A stretch of 64,000 nt of DNA from Blasia pusilla (Eukaryota): NCBI GenBank assembly GCA_050084515.1, contig CM114271.1, positions 25,792,001 through 25,856,000 on the forward strand, written 5' to 3'. Under the pieces are notes generated by a model, which was not told where the DNA came from, made no database searches, and saw only the letters and a list, made by a program, of their open reading frames with translations. Both the position numbers and the translations under genes were made by a program. This document shows positions 13,599 through 25,967 of the stretch, in pieces (the first letter of the stretch is position 1; every line of letters begins with the position of its first letter).

Positions 13599-16329
13599 CC
13601 ACTTTATTAGAAAATAAACCTCAAAAGAGGAAAAAAAGTCAGTCAGGGTCCACAATGCTCAAAATATCAGAATGGTATGAACTTGGTTGAATGATCAACC
13701 ATGACAACGCTCGAACTGCCCATGATTCACGTAAGAATATCTTCAGTTCCCACCGCTCACATGATGCGCAAAAACATCTCAAAAGAGGAGCCAAAAAATG
13801 CATGATGGAATGCGAAAAGAAAATGGCAACTAGCCAACGCAAACACCAACTCAACGAGCTGAATTGAAAGTCTGAAACAAATCTGACAAGAACACGAGTG
13901 TTTGGTCAGACGTGAATGGACGACGAGGCGAGCTACCCCACAACCACCTCTGCACGACATATCAATGCCAAGGCTTGTGGACGTTGTAAGGCCACTGAGA
14001 TGCATTGCCGAAAATAAGACACATGTAAATGACCGAATACTTCCACTGAAAAAGGAATAAATCCATCATTCGTATGTCTCACAACATCACTTAACTCATT
14101 GATTCTTGTTGCAGCTTCGGCCGCCTAACCTTTGGTATGTGCGGCTCAACACACCAAGTCAGAACTTGTTGGATCACCAACCACCAAATCACCTAGTGTC
14201 CGGAATACACCTCGAGACATAGCAAGATCCACTCTCTGACGAGAGGTTGCTTGTGTGGTTGAAGGTAGCACATGGAGTTGCTCTTGCCCAACGGTGTATC
14301 ATGCAGTACGAGCCACTGATGCAACCGCCTCTCTAATGCAATCATGTGTGGCTGTTCGTTCTCCACCATGTGCACATCAGAGAATATGGATACCCTTGGC
14401 ATCAATGGGATCCCCGCATACACAATTAGGCACACCTAATAGAGAAGGATGGGGAAGTCCAAGGCGTAACCGCAAAGCTGTCGAGAATATACTTCAAGAA
14501 AGACGAAATGGAAGAATAAGAGGATTCGCAATAAGGCACGCCCCCGCTCCGATACCTGCACATGAATGCAGACAAGCTCAATGAGCGTCAGAGGATGCCT
14601 CAGAGAGAATGCTAGAAAATTTGATTTGATGTAGATTCTCTGAGATATGCTCTTGAAGTCGATCAAGCCCTTCCATAATCAATTGACTGAAAGGGGGTAG
14701 AATTGCTTGTGTAGCAAGAGGAAGAAGAGCTCGTGCAGATCTCAATTGTTGTTGAAATAACAAGTTCCCCTCTTCTACATGGGCAACATGATCCATCAAG
14801 ATAGGTGTATCGCCTTGGCGAAACCTTGAAGCCATAATCGGTGCGACCAACGCCCAACTCCCCAAAAAGGCTGTGGGAGGAAATTAGACTGTGGAGCAAA
14901 GTCCCACCCCTCCAAAAGAAATAGGTAAGATAGTTTTTTGTGAAGCCAAGACACCATCCTCTCCCTCAAATATATTCGAGCCAAGAAGTTGACCAAAAGT
15001 TGCCAAGATAGAAACGTCAAAAGAGGCCGACCAACATAAGAACCTTGAAGTGGGAGGAGAAGTGCGAAGAAAGTAGGAAGGACGTCGTAGAAAATATTTG
15101 GAGAGAATCCCATAAGCCACTTGGGGATCCCCCAGATGAGGTAAAAAATGAAGCCATTACACGTCTTTCAAAAGGACCTCATCCAAGAACTTTGAGACAT
15201 AGTCGACGAAGTCAATTGGGACCCCAAGAACCCTAATCCCTTCAATGTAGATGGGAAAATCAGGAGTAGGTGGGGTGAATGTTGAGGGTAGGCATGAAGG
15301 AGACCATACTCCACATTTACTAGGCGGGACTTTAAGGTTTAAGAAAGAGAGTTGCTCCACGAAATGGATATAAGCAGGAACCACTTCAGAAGGAGGACCT
15401 GTTGAGTGTCATCAACAATAGAAGGGAAAAGAGAAGATGGAAATGCTTGTGCTCATGCTCGATGGAAACGAGAATGGGCAATGGCAAAGAGTGGGCCACC
15501 CATGGGATCACCTTGATGTGTACCACAAGCCGATTGTAAAATACTATATTCCCCGGAAGTAGCATGATGAGAATAGATAATGGGCGTATCATAGGCAAAG
15601 AAGGAGCAAACAAATGGAATAAGACTCGTAAGTTGTCCTCCTGCACAACGTAACTCCTCAAAGATGGCCGCACGAGAAACTGAATTGAATGCATTAGCCA
15701 CATCGACCTGAATTACTACCCATTCTGGATGAATATCAAAAGTGGAGCAAATCCCATGCACCACATCTTCACAACCTCCAGGAGTTGCCACTCCAAATTC
15801 ATGAGGAAATAAGTTGGCACTAAAGTGAGGACAAAATTGCAAGCATAGGGATTGACTAACCAAGCGGTATAAGACATCTCCAATAGCCAAACGGCGAACA
15901 CCTTAGGGAGGCTTATCCATAGCCAACAAACGACAAGCCCCTAAGAGCATGGAGACAAAGAATGGGAGACGACATGCCGCAATATGTGCACACACCTTAT
16001 ATATAGAGAGAGAGAGACAAAGCCACTTGCTGAATCTAGCGGGATAAAGCAATGGCGGAGATGCTCAAAAAACCATCCTTGATAGACCGCTTGCTGATAA
16101 GCAAGGAGTATGAAGAAAAGCCCTTGTGAAAACCTCCAAGTCAAGCTCCAAGTCAAGGTCCGTTGTAAAGTCTTCCACAAAAGGTGGAGCATCGCCACTT
16201 GAGGGAGGGTGAAGAGCTTCTAAGAGAGCCGCTTTTTCCGCACTTGGAACCTCCGGAGAGAGAGGACCCAACGCTCGAGCTGCACGTGAAAACTCACCAA
16301 TGAGCCCCAAAAGTAGACTTCGTCAAAGG
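13599..16329 (-). mobile_element. Degenerate CRE-clade non-LTR retrotransposon (RT, CCHC knuckle, restriction-like endonuclease), 3' part; ends at an (AT)9 tract
   Basis: Minus-strand motifs GEFSRAARAL, AIGDVLYRLV, HEFGVATPGGCEDVVH, DVANAFNSVSR, QGDPMGGPLFA, LRLRLG..CVCG...H...CAHGGERTATHD, RVDL...GDLVVGDP, FIPFSVEVFG and ISVALQR; AATAAA followed by (AT)n at 13598-13581; many stops and frameshifts. Confidence 0.85.
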
Positions 16330-16817
16330 TGTCATATCTTTTAGGATAGATCGATGAGATCTAGTAGAGCGCCTTTGTGAGTAGTGGAGGACAGGCTCAG
16401 TAGGTCGAGGATGACCTGTTGAAGCTCATTTGGAGCCATATTGAGCAACTTACTATTTTAGGTAACTACCATTTTGAGTATATGGTCGACTTTCTTTTTT
16501 TGGTAAGTGGCCTTTGACCTCCTACATCGGGTCAAGAGCTTAGGAGGTGACTTGGGAGAATATGTTACCATGGAGAGAGCTTGGTAGAAGGGAGCTTGGT
16601 AGAAGGGAGGGGTATACCTCAAGGAGAGAGAGCTTGAGAGCTCATTCTCTCTTTCTTGAACCTCTTGACATGAGGCGGAGGAGCTATGGTCCCTTGCCTT
16701 GTGAGTGTAACCCAAGCCTCTCATCAGGAAAGTGGGTCTGGTTTGACATGAGAGAGAGTACACATCTTTGAGAGCTATGGTGTGAGATGGTGTAGAGAGA
16801 GATTGGATCTTACTTTA
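16330..16817 (+). repeat. Terminal repeat block A1 (copy A2 at 25968-26476)
   Basis: TGTCATATCTTTTAGGATAGATCG...GATTGGATCTTACTTTA is highly similar to 25968-26476, apart from an ~40-bp indel, a 15-bp duplication and scattered substitutions. Confidence 0.95.
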
Positions 16818-18357
16818 CAAAGAGAGAATGAGAGAATGAGAGAGCTTCATGGGGAAGCTCGTCGGTCACTCGCTGTTTTTGCAGGTTGGGGACTGTGTTC
16901 CCTGTTCAGCGGCTCATAGGAGTGCTCACCAGAGCAAGGGCTGCTTGGACTGTTCTTTGCATTTGCCGATTTTTGTGTGGAAGAGTGGCGCACGGAAGCG
17001 CTGCCCAATTTCTGATAGGGATTGATTATGGGGGCGGGTTGCCCCATGCCGATGCTCTCGGGAGCACCATGTAGCTTGATGACTTGTATTTTTACAGGTT
17101 TTATATTTTGGTTGGGAGAAATCAGCGCGGAAGCGCTGCCAAATTTTGTGTAGGAGAAAGAGACATTGGGTTTTACGACAGTCCCTTTCAGTTTTTACTT
17201 TTGACGCTCTTGTAGATCGTGAAGCTATGCAGGTTGTGCAATAAACAATGCGCAATTTGGAGTTGCGAGTAAAAAGTTATGGTCAATCTTTCAAAACTGC
17301 CATTGCTAAGCAATTTTTAGAGTTAAATTGTTCAAACCCTAAACCAGCCGCCACGCCGGCGACGACTCTCGCCATCACCGGTCAATGGTCAACCGTCACT
17401 GTCAACCATCAACGGTCCACCGGCCACCGTCGGCCGTTGCTGTTGCCCAGCGTTGCTCAAAGCCGCATTCAGCCGTTGTCCACCCTTTGGTTGCCATTGC
17501 CGCCATTACGGAGTGGAGGGTCTTCCACGACGTTCGTTGATTCTCTGACTTGCGTCGCCACCACGTACTTTGTTTTGGCCGCCACAGTCATCAAAGTTTC
17601 GTTGTCAACTAGTGATGGCAGATGACTTACGGTTATGGTGTTTGAGTTTTGATTTCATGCTCCTATGTTGTGATTGGTAGCCGCTCGATGACGATCGAGT
17701 ACCGTGTCGTGACGCCCGTAGCCGTAATGCGCCGCCGATTGCCGCTCGTGGCCGCACCATACCGTCTCGATCGCAGAGTCCCACCGTCATTGTGGAAAAG
17801 AGTGTGGGTTTATTGTTGATTGAGGAGGGTATGCCGCGGAGTGCCGCATCCCACCATCGAGGGCCGTGCCGTTTGTAACCGTTCCGTGCCGCCTGCAACG
17901 CCGCACCGTTCCGCTGGAACCGCACTATCTATCGAGGAGTTTTGAGCAGCGTCTGTACGAGAGGAGTACGACTTGCTGATTGGAGGAGTTGTCTCCACGA
18001 CCGAGTTGGGGTTGAGATTTGTAGTTTCTGAGGAGCGACATTGACATGTGTTCAGGTTACCCATTTTGGTGCTTTACCCTACACGCGTGAGGGATTCTGG
18101 GATTTGGGTAGTTTATTTGGGGATATTGGGTTGTATGGATGCTGAGAGCATCATTTATGTATGTGGTTTACGGGACAAAGACCTGTGTGGGATGTCATGA
18201 GTTTAGGGTAGGTTGTCGATGAGATGATAGTGTGGTCGATTTGCCGCACCACGCCGCTTGTTGCCGCATGTTACACGTCTCGAGGAGGAAGAGTGTAGAT
18301 CGAGTGCTGCATGTTTGGGATGAGTGATTGAGCAATTACTCACAAGGTTGAGAGTGA

Positions 18358-19759
18358 TTGTGTGAGAGGGGCATTAGGGCCATCGCGGCATCTTTTCAGG
18401 ATTTTGAGAGGCGAGGTAGTGGACCTGAGAGTAGCTCTGGAGGGTTTACCCAAAGTGGTGCGAGGTTTCAAGGGTTTCTGCGTGAGAGACCACCTCGATC
18501 TCCTTCTGTGTCGTCTTCAGATGAGGGGGAGCGTATAGAAGAGTTTGTGAGCACATCGTCACACATTGTGAGTGGTCCTACCAGTCGTGCGTACGAGATG
18601 GACGATCGGAGTAGAGGACCGCGTAGGTTTTCAGGTGCAGTAGGCACGATTGAGTTGCATGATTTCATAGCAGAGTTTAGGAGTTGGTGCGACTCCGAGC
18701 GGGCTAGGAACTCTAGAGAGTTCCACATGTTTACACCATGGAACGGTATATTCCAGCATTTAGAAGGGGCGCCCATAGACGATTACCATGAGTTCTCTCA
18801 AAGATATGCACTTGAGATCGAGGCGTGGAGGCACTACTATGACCCCCATTATGTGCCATGGACAGAATTGTTCCCAGATGAGGAGGAGGAGTCAGGAGAG
18901 GCTATTTCCTCTTCCACTTGTGACGTTTTAGGAGAGGTCACTCGCACGGGAGCAGTTGCACCGTCTAGTCGGGTTCGTCCCAGGTTCAACCTTGTGGTTG
19001 AGTTCTTTGCTGAGTTGAGGACGAGCTACCAAGGGGTATGGACGGAGAAGTTGCGGAGCATCCACCACTTCCAGAGACTCCCGGGTGAGAGTTTTCATGA
19101 GGCTTACACTTGCTTGCGCTGATTGATCAACGTCACTCAGGGGTGATAGAGGCTCAAGCTATCCAGTTATGGTACGCGATGCTGGACCGGACCCTGCGGA
19201 CACGTATGCGGGAGGGGGTGCTTCTATGAACACCTCCCCTACGTTGAGAGATGTTTTTAGGACCGCCGAGAACATTGAGCGCAACATGGCGGAGGAGAGC
19301 GTAGCCACCATGGGTTCTGGGCGAGAGCTGTCACGATTGCCTGCACTACCTGTGCAGCAACGTGGACTCCGAGATAGGTCGACTGTGGCACCACGAGCTG
19401 AGGGAGGATACCGGGGGGGCGTGTCACAAAGACTTGCGCCTTCATATGCGGCTCAACAACGGCTGCCTACTATTACTTGTTGGTCATGTGGTGGAGCCCA
19501 TCATCAGCGCGATTGCACTTGTCAGGATCATGGACGTGTGCCTCAACATGGAGGAGGAGATGGTGCTGCACCAGGAGGTTATCGGTATGACTATTGTCAG
19601 AGGTATGGTCATACACGCGCCAAGTGTTTCAGTTTACATTCTCAGTTACGTCCGGACGGAGGGCCACACAGGGCACTAGAGCGAGTAGCTAGTCCGGGTG
19701 GGCCTAGAGATTGTGTACCAGGTGGTCCTGTTGGGGGACAAGGAGCTGGAGTTGCCTGA
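18358..19759 (+). pseudogene. gag-like ORF of the retroelement, with zinc knuckles
   Basis: FQRLPGESFHEAY retrotransposon-gag-like motif; CWSCGGAHHQRDC (CCHC) and a degenerate second knuckle YCQRYGHTRAKC; interrupted by a stop and a frameshift. Confidence 0.75.
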
Positions 19760-20537
19760 CACGGTGGTGGAGTTTCCCATGGAGGAGGTAGAGTACCACC
19801 ACCTAGACGCGCCTAGAGAGATGCCGGACGTGAGGTTGGGATGGATGCTCAGATACGGCAGCTACAGGAGCAGATTTCTGTTATGGCATCGTTACCTGAT
19901 GCCAGATCCGTGGCATTGACATCATATGGAGCAGCCAGAGATCTGGAGGATCCTGGTTGGATGTGCAGGGTTGCCCAGATGGAGGCATCCGGAGTTGTGA
20001 TGCGTGGAGTAGCCGCAGAGTTGGATCCACAGTGAGGGGAAGCCAGGGAACATACTAGGCTTCCTCATTCTTTCACGTTGTCCGAGGCGATGAGGACCCC
20101 ATCGATGGGTCCTTATCAGAGTTCCTGGAGAGTTGGTGTGCATGCACAGAGGGAATGGGAGAAGCGAGTACAACGACTCCTATTGTTGATGCTCAGGAGG
20201 GGCATGTGTCGAGCACGTTGTTTGGGGCGGCCACCGTTGTGTACCGCACTCCTTTATTTTCTACTTCTGATGTTATGACGTGGGGGGGGGGACTCTCGCC
20301 GAGGCTTTTCGGCTGGCCGTTTCACTATGTGAGCGCGGAGTTGGAGTTCTTGCATCACGTTCAAAGGTGATTGCAAAGGAGGTGATGGACTTGCCCTTGG
20401 AGCGGGTGCTCGGGCCATCCACGTCAGATTCGTGGAAGGCTGCGGCTGCTAAGATGGCGGAGATGCTCGCTAGACCAGCGATACAGCGTGCCATGGCTTC
20501 TCCTGGTATTGTGTTGCTAGATAACTGAGGAGCGGTC

Positions 20538-20873
20538 TTGCAGTTGGTGAGTCCCGGAGGTAGACCTTTTAGTCCGCAGCGCGTCTTGTTGGATTCAAGA
20601 GCACAACCCCTGATGTTGGGGAAAGCGTTATTCAGAGGATTTGGCTTGACGAGAGCCGATGTGGAGCGTTGTCCATTACAGATACAGAAATCCTTGGGTG
20701 GAGCGAGTACCACACAGTATATCACCCAACAGGAGGTCATGGTGAGGATTCGCCCGGAACATCCTACAGATGAGTCCGTGGTGCGAGCCAAGGCGATAGT
20801 GATTGATGCAGAGTCCTACGATGTCTTGGTTGGTGGAGCAGAGTTATACCCGATGGGGTTTTCCCTAGATTAG
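20538..20873 (+). pseudogene. Retroviral-type aspartic protease domain (degenerate)
   Basis: VLLDSRAQPLMLG (DSGA mutated) and downstream YDVLVGG. Confidence 0.7.
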
Positions 20874-21299
20874 TGGGAGTAATCAACGTCCTACACACCA
20901 TGATGGCAGTCATGTGATGGGTGCCTTAGCTCATTACCTGTTCGATTCACAGGTGCAGTGATCGAGCGATGGCCATGAGAGGTGGTGACCTTAGCAGCAT
21001 TTAGCAGTGCCTTCACTTGGCCTAGTGATTTGATTGAGGGACATGTCCATGCAGAGGATACTCATATTCCTGACATTTCTATGGAGAGGAGTGTTATGGT
21101 ACCCGCATCATTCCGTGGAGGAGAGGTGCCGTTCTGGGGCTCGATTTAGGAGCTTTGATGATTGGCAGATGAGCATGTGCAGGCCGCGTGGAGCGAGGCA
21201 TTTGCACCGGAGCATGAGGGGTCTGAGGAACCCGAGGTAGCATGGAGTGCTACGATGACACCCTTGGATACCACACTTATTTTGTGGTGTACCCTTGAG

Positions 21300-22250
21300 G
21301 AGGGTATTCGAGTGTTAGATCTCTTTGGAGGGATTAGCACCGGGTTAGCTGTTGTTTTGCAGGCCGGGGTACGAGTACAATAGTACCTGTATGTGGAGAG
21401 TCATGATGTTGCGAGGCGCGTCTCACTACAACATGTGGCGTAGTTATGCCTACATTTTCCCGACTTATTTTCTACGTCCACGGTACAAGAGTACAAGAGT
21501 TCCCTACCAAGGGATATTTTTTTGATGGGGGCGTAGGACTTAGAGCAGGTAGGGATCATTGATTTGGTCATTGCCGGTTGGCCATGTCAGGGCCAATTGA
21601 GTGTTGGACGAGGCAGCGGGCTGGCTGACACTCGGTCTAGGTTGTTTTGGGAGATGTTGAGGTTCTTACGGCAGTTGCAGGAGCACCGGTCTCGTTCTCC
21701 AACCTACAATTTGGAGAATGTGCCGATCTTAGGAGACTCCAGGTCACAAGTGGTGACAAGTGCTCATCAGGTGCGTGCCGAGATCGGCCCAACAGTGTTC
21801 TTGGATGCGGCGAGTGTAGGTTCTAGAGCCCATCGCATGCGTCTATGGTGGACCAACTTGGTGCCCTGTGCAATATTACGGAGGGCGTATGCAAGAGTGG
21901 AGCGCCCCTCCTATTTGTTAGTGGATTCCATTCTGAATCCAGGTCGTCGATCACACGCAGCGAGGTACGATGATCGACCACCGTTGACTGTGGTCAATCG
22001 GGTAGGCAGGCCACGGGCAACCTTGCCCACGTTTGTGAGTTTTCTTGCTTGCTATGCATACAAGGAGGCCGGTCCTGACTTGGTTTGGGATGAGCATGTT
22101 CAGCGGTTGGTGGAGCCCAATGCCGACGAGAAAGAGCGAGCGATAGGATTTCCCACAGGAGTGACGGCAGTACCCTCAGTGTCAGAGGTATCACGACGCC
22201 ATATCTTGGGTCCCGAAGTGCTTGACGTGGATCCTCAGCTTGGGAGTGGC
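21300..22250 (+). pseudogene. C5-cytosine DNA methyltransferase domain (DNMT3-like) inside pol
   Basis: One frame carries motif I VLDLFGGI, IV DLVIAGWPCQG, VI LENV, VIII AHRMRLWWTNL, IX EPNADEKERAIGFPTGVT and X RRHILG; TAG stops at 21381, 21441 and 21534. Confidence 0.92.
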
Positions 22251-22659
22251 TGAGCAACGTCATATGAGATTGCAACAGATCACATCGGTTGCGTTGGTGA
22301 GCCCCATGCCTACCAAGATGGTGGAGGTAGTGGCTGGAGGCGAGACCCGAGAAGATCCACACACTAGGGGAGATCGGGAGAGACACCCTTGGACTTCTTG
22401 GGATGTTTTGAAGGTACGCCAGGAGATGATAGCCATAACATCGAGCGTGGTTCCGGACACTGCATGTGGAGGAGATCAAAGTTTGCACTTGGTTGCAGGA
22501 GAGCGGTCGAGTGTCGTTGTTGGAGATGGGGTTGCACCATAGCAACCACCGATATCCGCGCTGGAGAGTCCTACCGAAGTCACGATGGAGACTTGGGAGC
22601 CGGATATGGGCCTTAAGTTGACAGGAGGAGAGCGGCGCCGAATACATCAGTTCCTCAGG

Positions 22660-24010
22660 AGTTATAGGAGCTGTTTTGCGTTTAGCATGGAGGATTTGGG
22701 TACGCTGGAGGGACCGCGGATCCGCATTGAGTTGTCGAGTAATACGCCAATCTTCCGATGACCCTACAAGTACAGTGATATGGAGAGGGCTTTGATTCAG
22801 AGTAGGAGCCAGGACTTGGTTGGAGCAAGACTAGTGAAGATGTTGCATGCGGAGTATGCATCTGCCACTGTCATGCCCGCCAAGAAGGATGTGCATGGCA
22901 ATTGGACGGATGGGCGGATGTGTGGGGATTACCCACCTATCAATCGGCAGACAAAGTCTGATAGGTATGCCATGCCCACCCGTGGGGAGATGTTTGATGC
23001 GATTGGTCACGCAAAGGTTTTCAATTCATTGGATTTGCAAGCTGGATACCATCAGCTGCCTATCAGATTGGAGGACATGTAGAAGATGGCATTTTGGGGC
23101 ATCGATCCTCATGGGAAGGATTTTTGTATCAGTGGCGGTTTTTACCATTTGGATTAAAGAACGCCCCAACTGAGTTTCAGAGGGTCATGGATAGGATCTT
23201 GGCTGGTCTGGATTTTGCTAGGTGTTATATTGATGACATCGTAGTCTTTAGCGCCACGATTGAGGAGCATGAGCGACATCTAGAGGAGGTGTTTCGACTA
23301 ATTGCAATTACATGAGCTGAAGCTACATCCAAGCAAGTGCAAGTTCTTCTACGACGAGATTGAGTACTTGGGTCATACGATATACCCATGGGGCCTTGGT
23401 GTTTAGCAGACGAAGGTAGAGGCTATCTCACGCATTCCACGCCCTACAAATGTGAGCCGTGTTCGCGCATTAATGGGATTGGCGAACTTCTATCGGCGGT
23501 TTGTCAAGGGATTCAGTTTGATTGCAAAGCCGCTGACCTTGCTGACCAAGTTGGATCACGAGTGACACTGGGGGATGAGCAGGAGCGAGCATTTCAATTG
23601 CTCAAGGACAGGTTGACATCTGCGCCCATCTTGAGGAGACCGATTAAGGGGTGTCCTTTCCAGTTGCACACATATTGGAGCATGTTGGGGCTTGGAGCGG
23701 TGCTCACCCAGCATGATGATCAGGGTAGAGAGTTTGTGGTGGCTTACGCTAGCCGCTCGAACAACCCTAGAGGCAAAGTAAAACTCGTATGAGGATGAGT
23801 GCTTTGCTGCAGTGTGGGTTGTTGCGCATTTCAAGTGTTACTTATTCGGCAATCCCTTTACCATCATCACTCATCATCAACCACTAAAGTGGTTGATGGA
23901 GTCCGACAAGCTTACAACGAAGCTTGCGAGATGGGCTCTGTTGTTGCAGGAGTATGATTTTCAGGTGGTACATAGACCTGGGACGCTCAACCAAGATGCA
24001 GATGGGTTCA
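22660..24010 (+). pseudogene. Reverse transcriptase and RNase H (Gypsy-type)
   Basis: RMCGDYPPIN, LDLQAGYHQ, LPFGLKNAPTEFQRVMD, YIDDIVVFS (YIDD at 23226-23237), LGAVLTQ, VVAYASRS, KLARWALLLQEYDF and HRPGTLNQDADGFS. Confidence 0.95.
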
Positions 24011-24399
24011 GTTGTAACCCATGCCCGAGTTCGCAAGATGCGACTGGAGCTCGATGGCATGGAGAGAGTGATGAGGAGTCAGTGCCAGGATGGCACACGT
24101 CAGCCTATTTAGGCATGTTGGCTATGGAGAGCCAGAGTGTGGAGACTTTGATGGCGAGGTCTAGTGGAGAGTCCTTGGATCCCGAGGCCTTTGAGGAGAT
24201 CATAGGTGGCCGAGATATTCATGATGATGGAGTAGTCTTGGAGTACTTTCGTACGGGTAGCGTTGCGAGCACTGTGGGTGCTAGAGAGCGGGATCGGATC
24301 CTACAGCGGGCCAGACGGTTCCTTTGGGAGGGGACACATGTTTTGAGGGTTTGGGTAGGTAGGGTACGCGTAGTTCCGCATCCTTTGCAGAGAGCACGA

Positions 24400-25651
24400 C
24401 TAGTGCAACATGCCCACGAGGAGTTGGGTCACTTTGGGGTGAAGCGGAAGTACAGCTTGCTTCAGATTCAGCATTGGTGGCGAGGCATTATAGACTGACG
24501 ACCAGCAGTTTGTTGCCAAGTGCATGGTGTGTGATCGGGTCTGAGCATCGTTCAATGCTCCGACTCCACACTTGCATCCATTACCTATCATGGGCTTAGG
24601 GTATAGATGGAGTTCGGATTTTTCAGGACCTTTGCCTTTGACGGAGCATCACAGTCGTTATGTGTTGGTGATGATCGAGCACTTCTCGAAGTGGATCGAG
24701 TTGGTTGCATTTCCTGACAAAGCGAGTGAGGGAGTAGCTTATGCCTTCCTTAATAGAGTGCTGAGTCATTATGGCGCACCGGCTCAGGTGTTGACAGACG
24801 GGGTACCGATTTTTGCGGTGAGTTCCATGCCTTGTGTGATCAGGCTGATCGACCACCGCACGACTTCGCGAGATTATCCCGAGGCAGATGGATTAGCGGA
24901 GAGAGTTGTGCAGACGGTGAAGAGGGGTTTACGCAAGTATGGCTTGAAGAGAGATCACCTAGGAGATTGGGACCTCCAGTTGCCATGGTTGGCGATGGGA
25001 TATAGATTCAGCAGGCAGGCATCCTTAGCGTCTTTTTCACCGTACTTGCTACTTTATGGCCGAGAGCTAGATTTACCTGCGGCCATTCATCAAGATGCTG
25101 GTGAGATGCTGGACCTTGATGACCCAGATGTATGGATGCGAGCATGTTATTAGAGGGCTGAGTTGTTTTGGAGAGTGATGCCCATGGCGTTCGAGAACTT
25201 GGCGATTGCGTAGCATCGAGATACGTTGAGGTATGCGAATATTCGGGGTGGTGGTTATCGCCCAACTATCCGGAGGTTTCATCAAGGAGATTATGTCTTC
25301 TTGCAGCAGACGGCACCGACGACATTGGATGTGACTGCAAGGCGCACTATCATGAGAGTGCGTGACGTTTTGCCATCCGGTGTTCTCTTGCTGGAGGGAC
25401 GTGATGATCTGGTATGGAAGGACCATGTGCGTAATTGTGCGCCATGTAACCTTCTTAACATTGATGGTAAAGTAGATCCAAGCTCAACAGTAGTTTCTGC
25501 AGGCTTGCGTTGTATGTTGTGTGGTTCTGCTCGTGATGCGGCCACGATGCTAGTCTGTGATGGATGTTCGAGAGGTTGGCATATGGCATGTCTGACGCCA
25601 CCTCTCACTAGGGTTCCTCGGGGACGATGGATGTGTCCCAGATGTACATAG
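24400..25651 (+). pseudogene. DDE integrase (HHCC + core) with C-terminal PHD finger
   Basis: HAHEELGHFG...CMVC, WSSDFSGP, EHFSKW, VLTDG and GLAERVV; PHD (C4HC3) CMLC...CDGCSRGWHMACLTPPL...WMCPRC at about 25510-25647. Confidence 0.92.
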
Positions 25652-25837
25652 AGGAGATACTAGGTAGGTTTTGATTCCGAATTTTTCTGTGATTTGGATG
25701 ACAAGAAGGTAACTGACGATGGGGCCACATGAGTACCCGGCCTTTCTGCTCTTAGCGTCCTTGAGATGTATGTCATGGTACGTAGGGATAGATGGCTATC
25801 TGGAGTTAGAGGGACCTAACCACCAGCTAGGGGGGCG

Positions 25838-25965
25838 ATTGGAGATAATTTAGTACTTCTTGTCTCGTTGTTTGGATGCCATGAGTTAGCATGGGATCGT
25901 GCGTATTTGTGTGTGTGTTCGGTGATAGCGATGTATGTTGTGTAGCGATGTGTATGGGCATGACA
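25838..25965 (+). repeat. Repeat block B1 (128 bp; copy B2 at 26476-26603)
   Basis: ATTGGAGATA...GTGTATGGGCATGACA closely matches 26476-26603 ATTGGAGATA...GTGTATGCGCACGACA; preceded by AGGGGGGCG. Confidence 0.95.
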
Positions 25966-25967
25966 AC

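Noticed and set aside
21300-22250. Bacterial restriction-modification methylase or contamination
   Set aside because: The domain sits inside retroelement pol, in a locus flanked by spliced plant genes; no cognate restriction enzyme is present.
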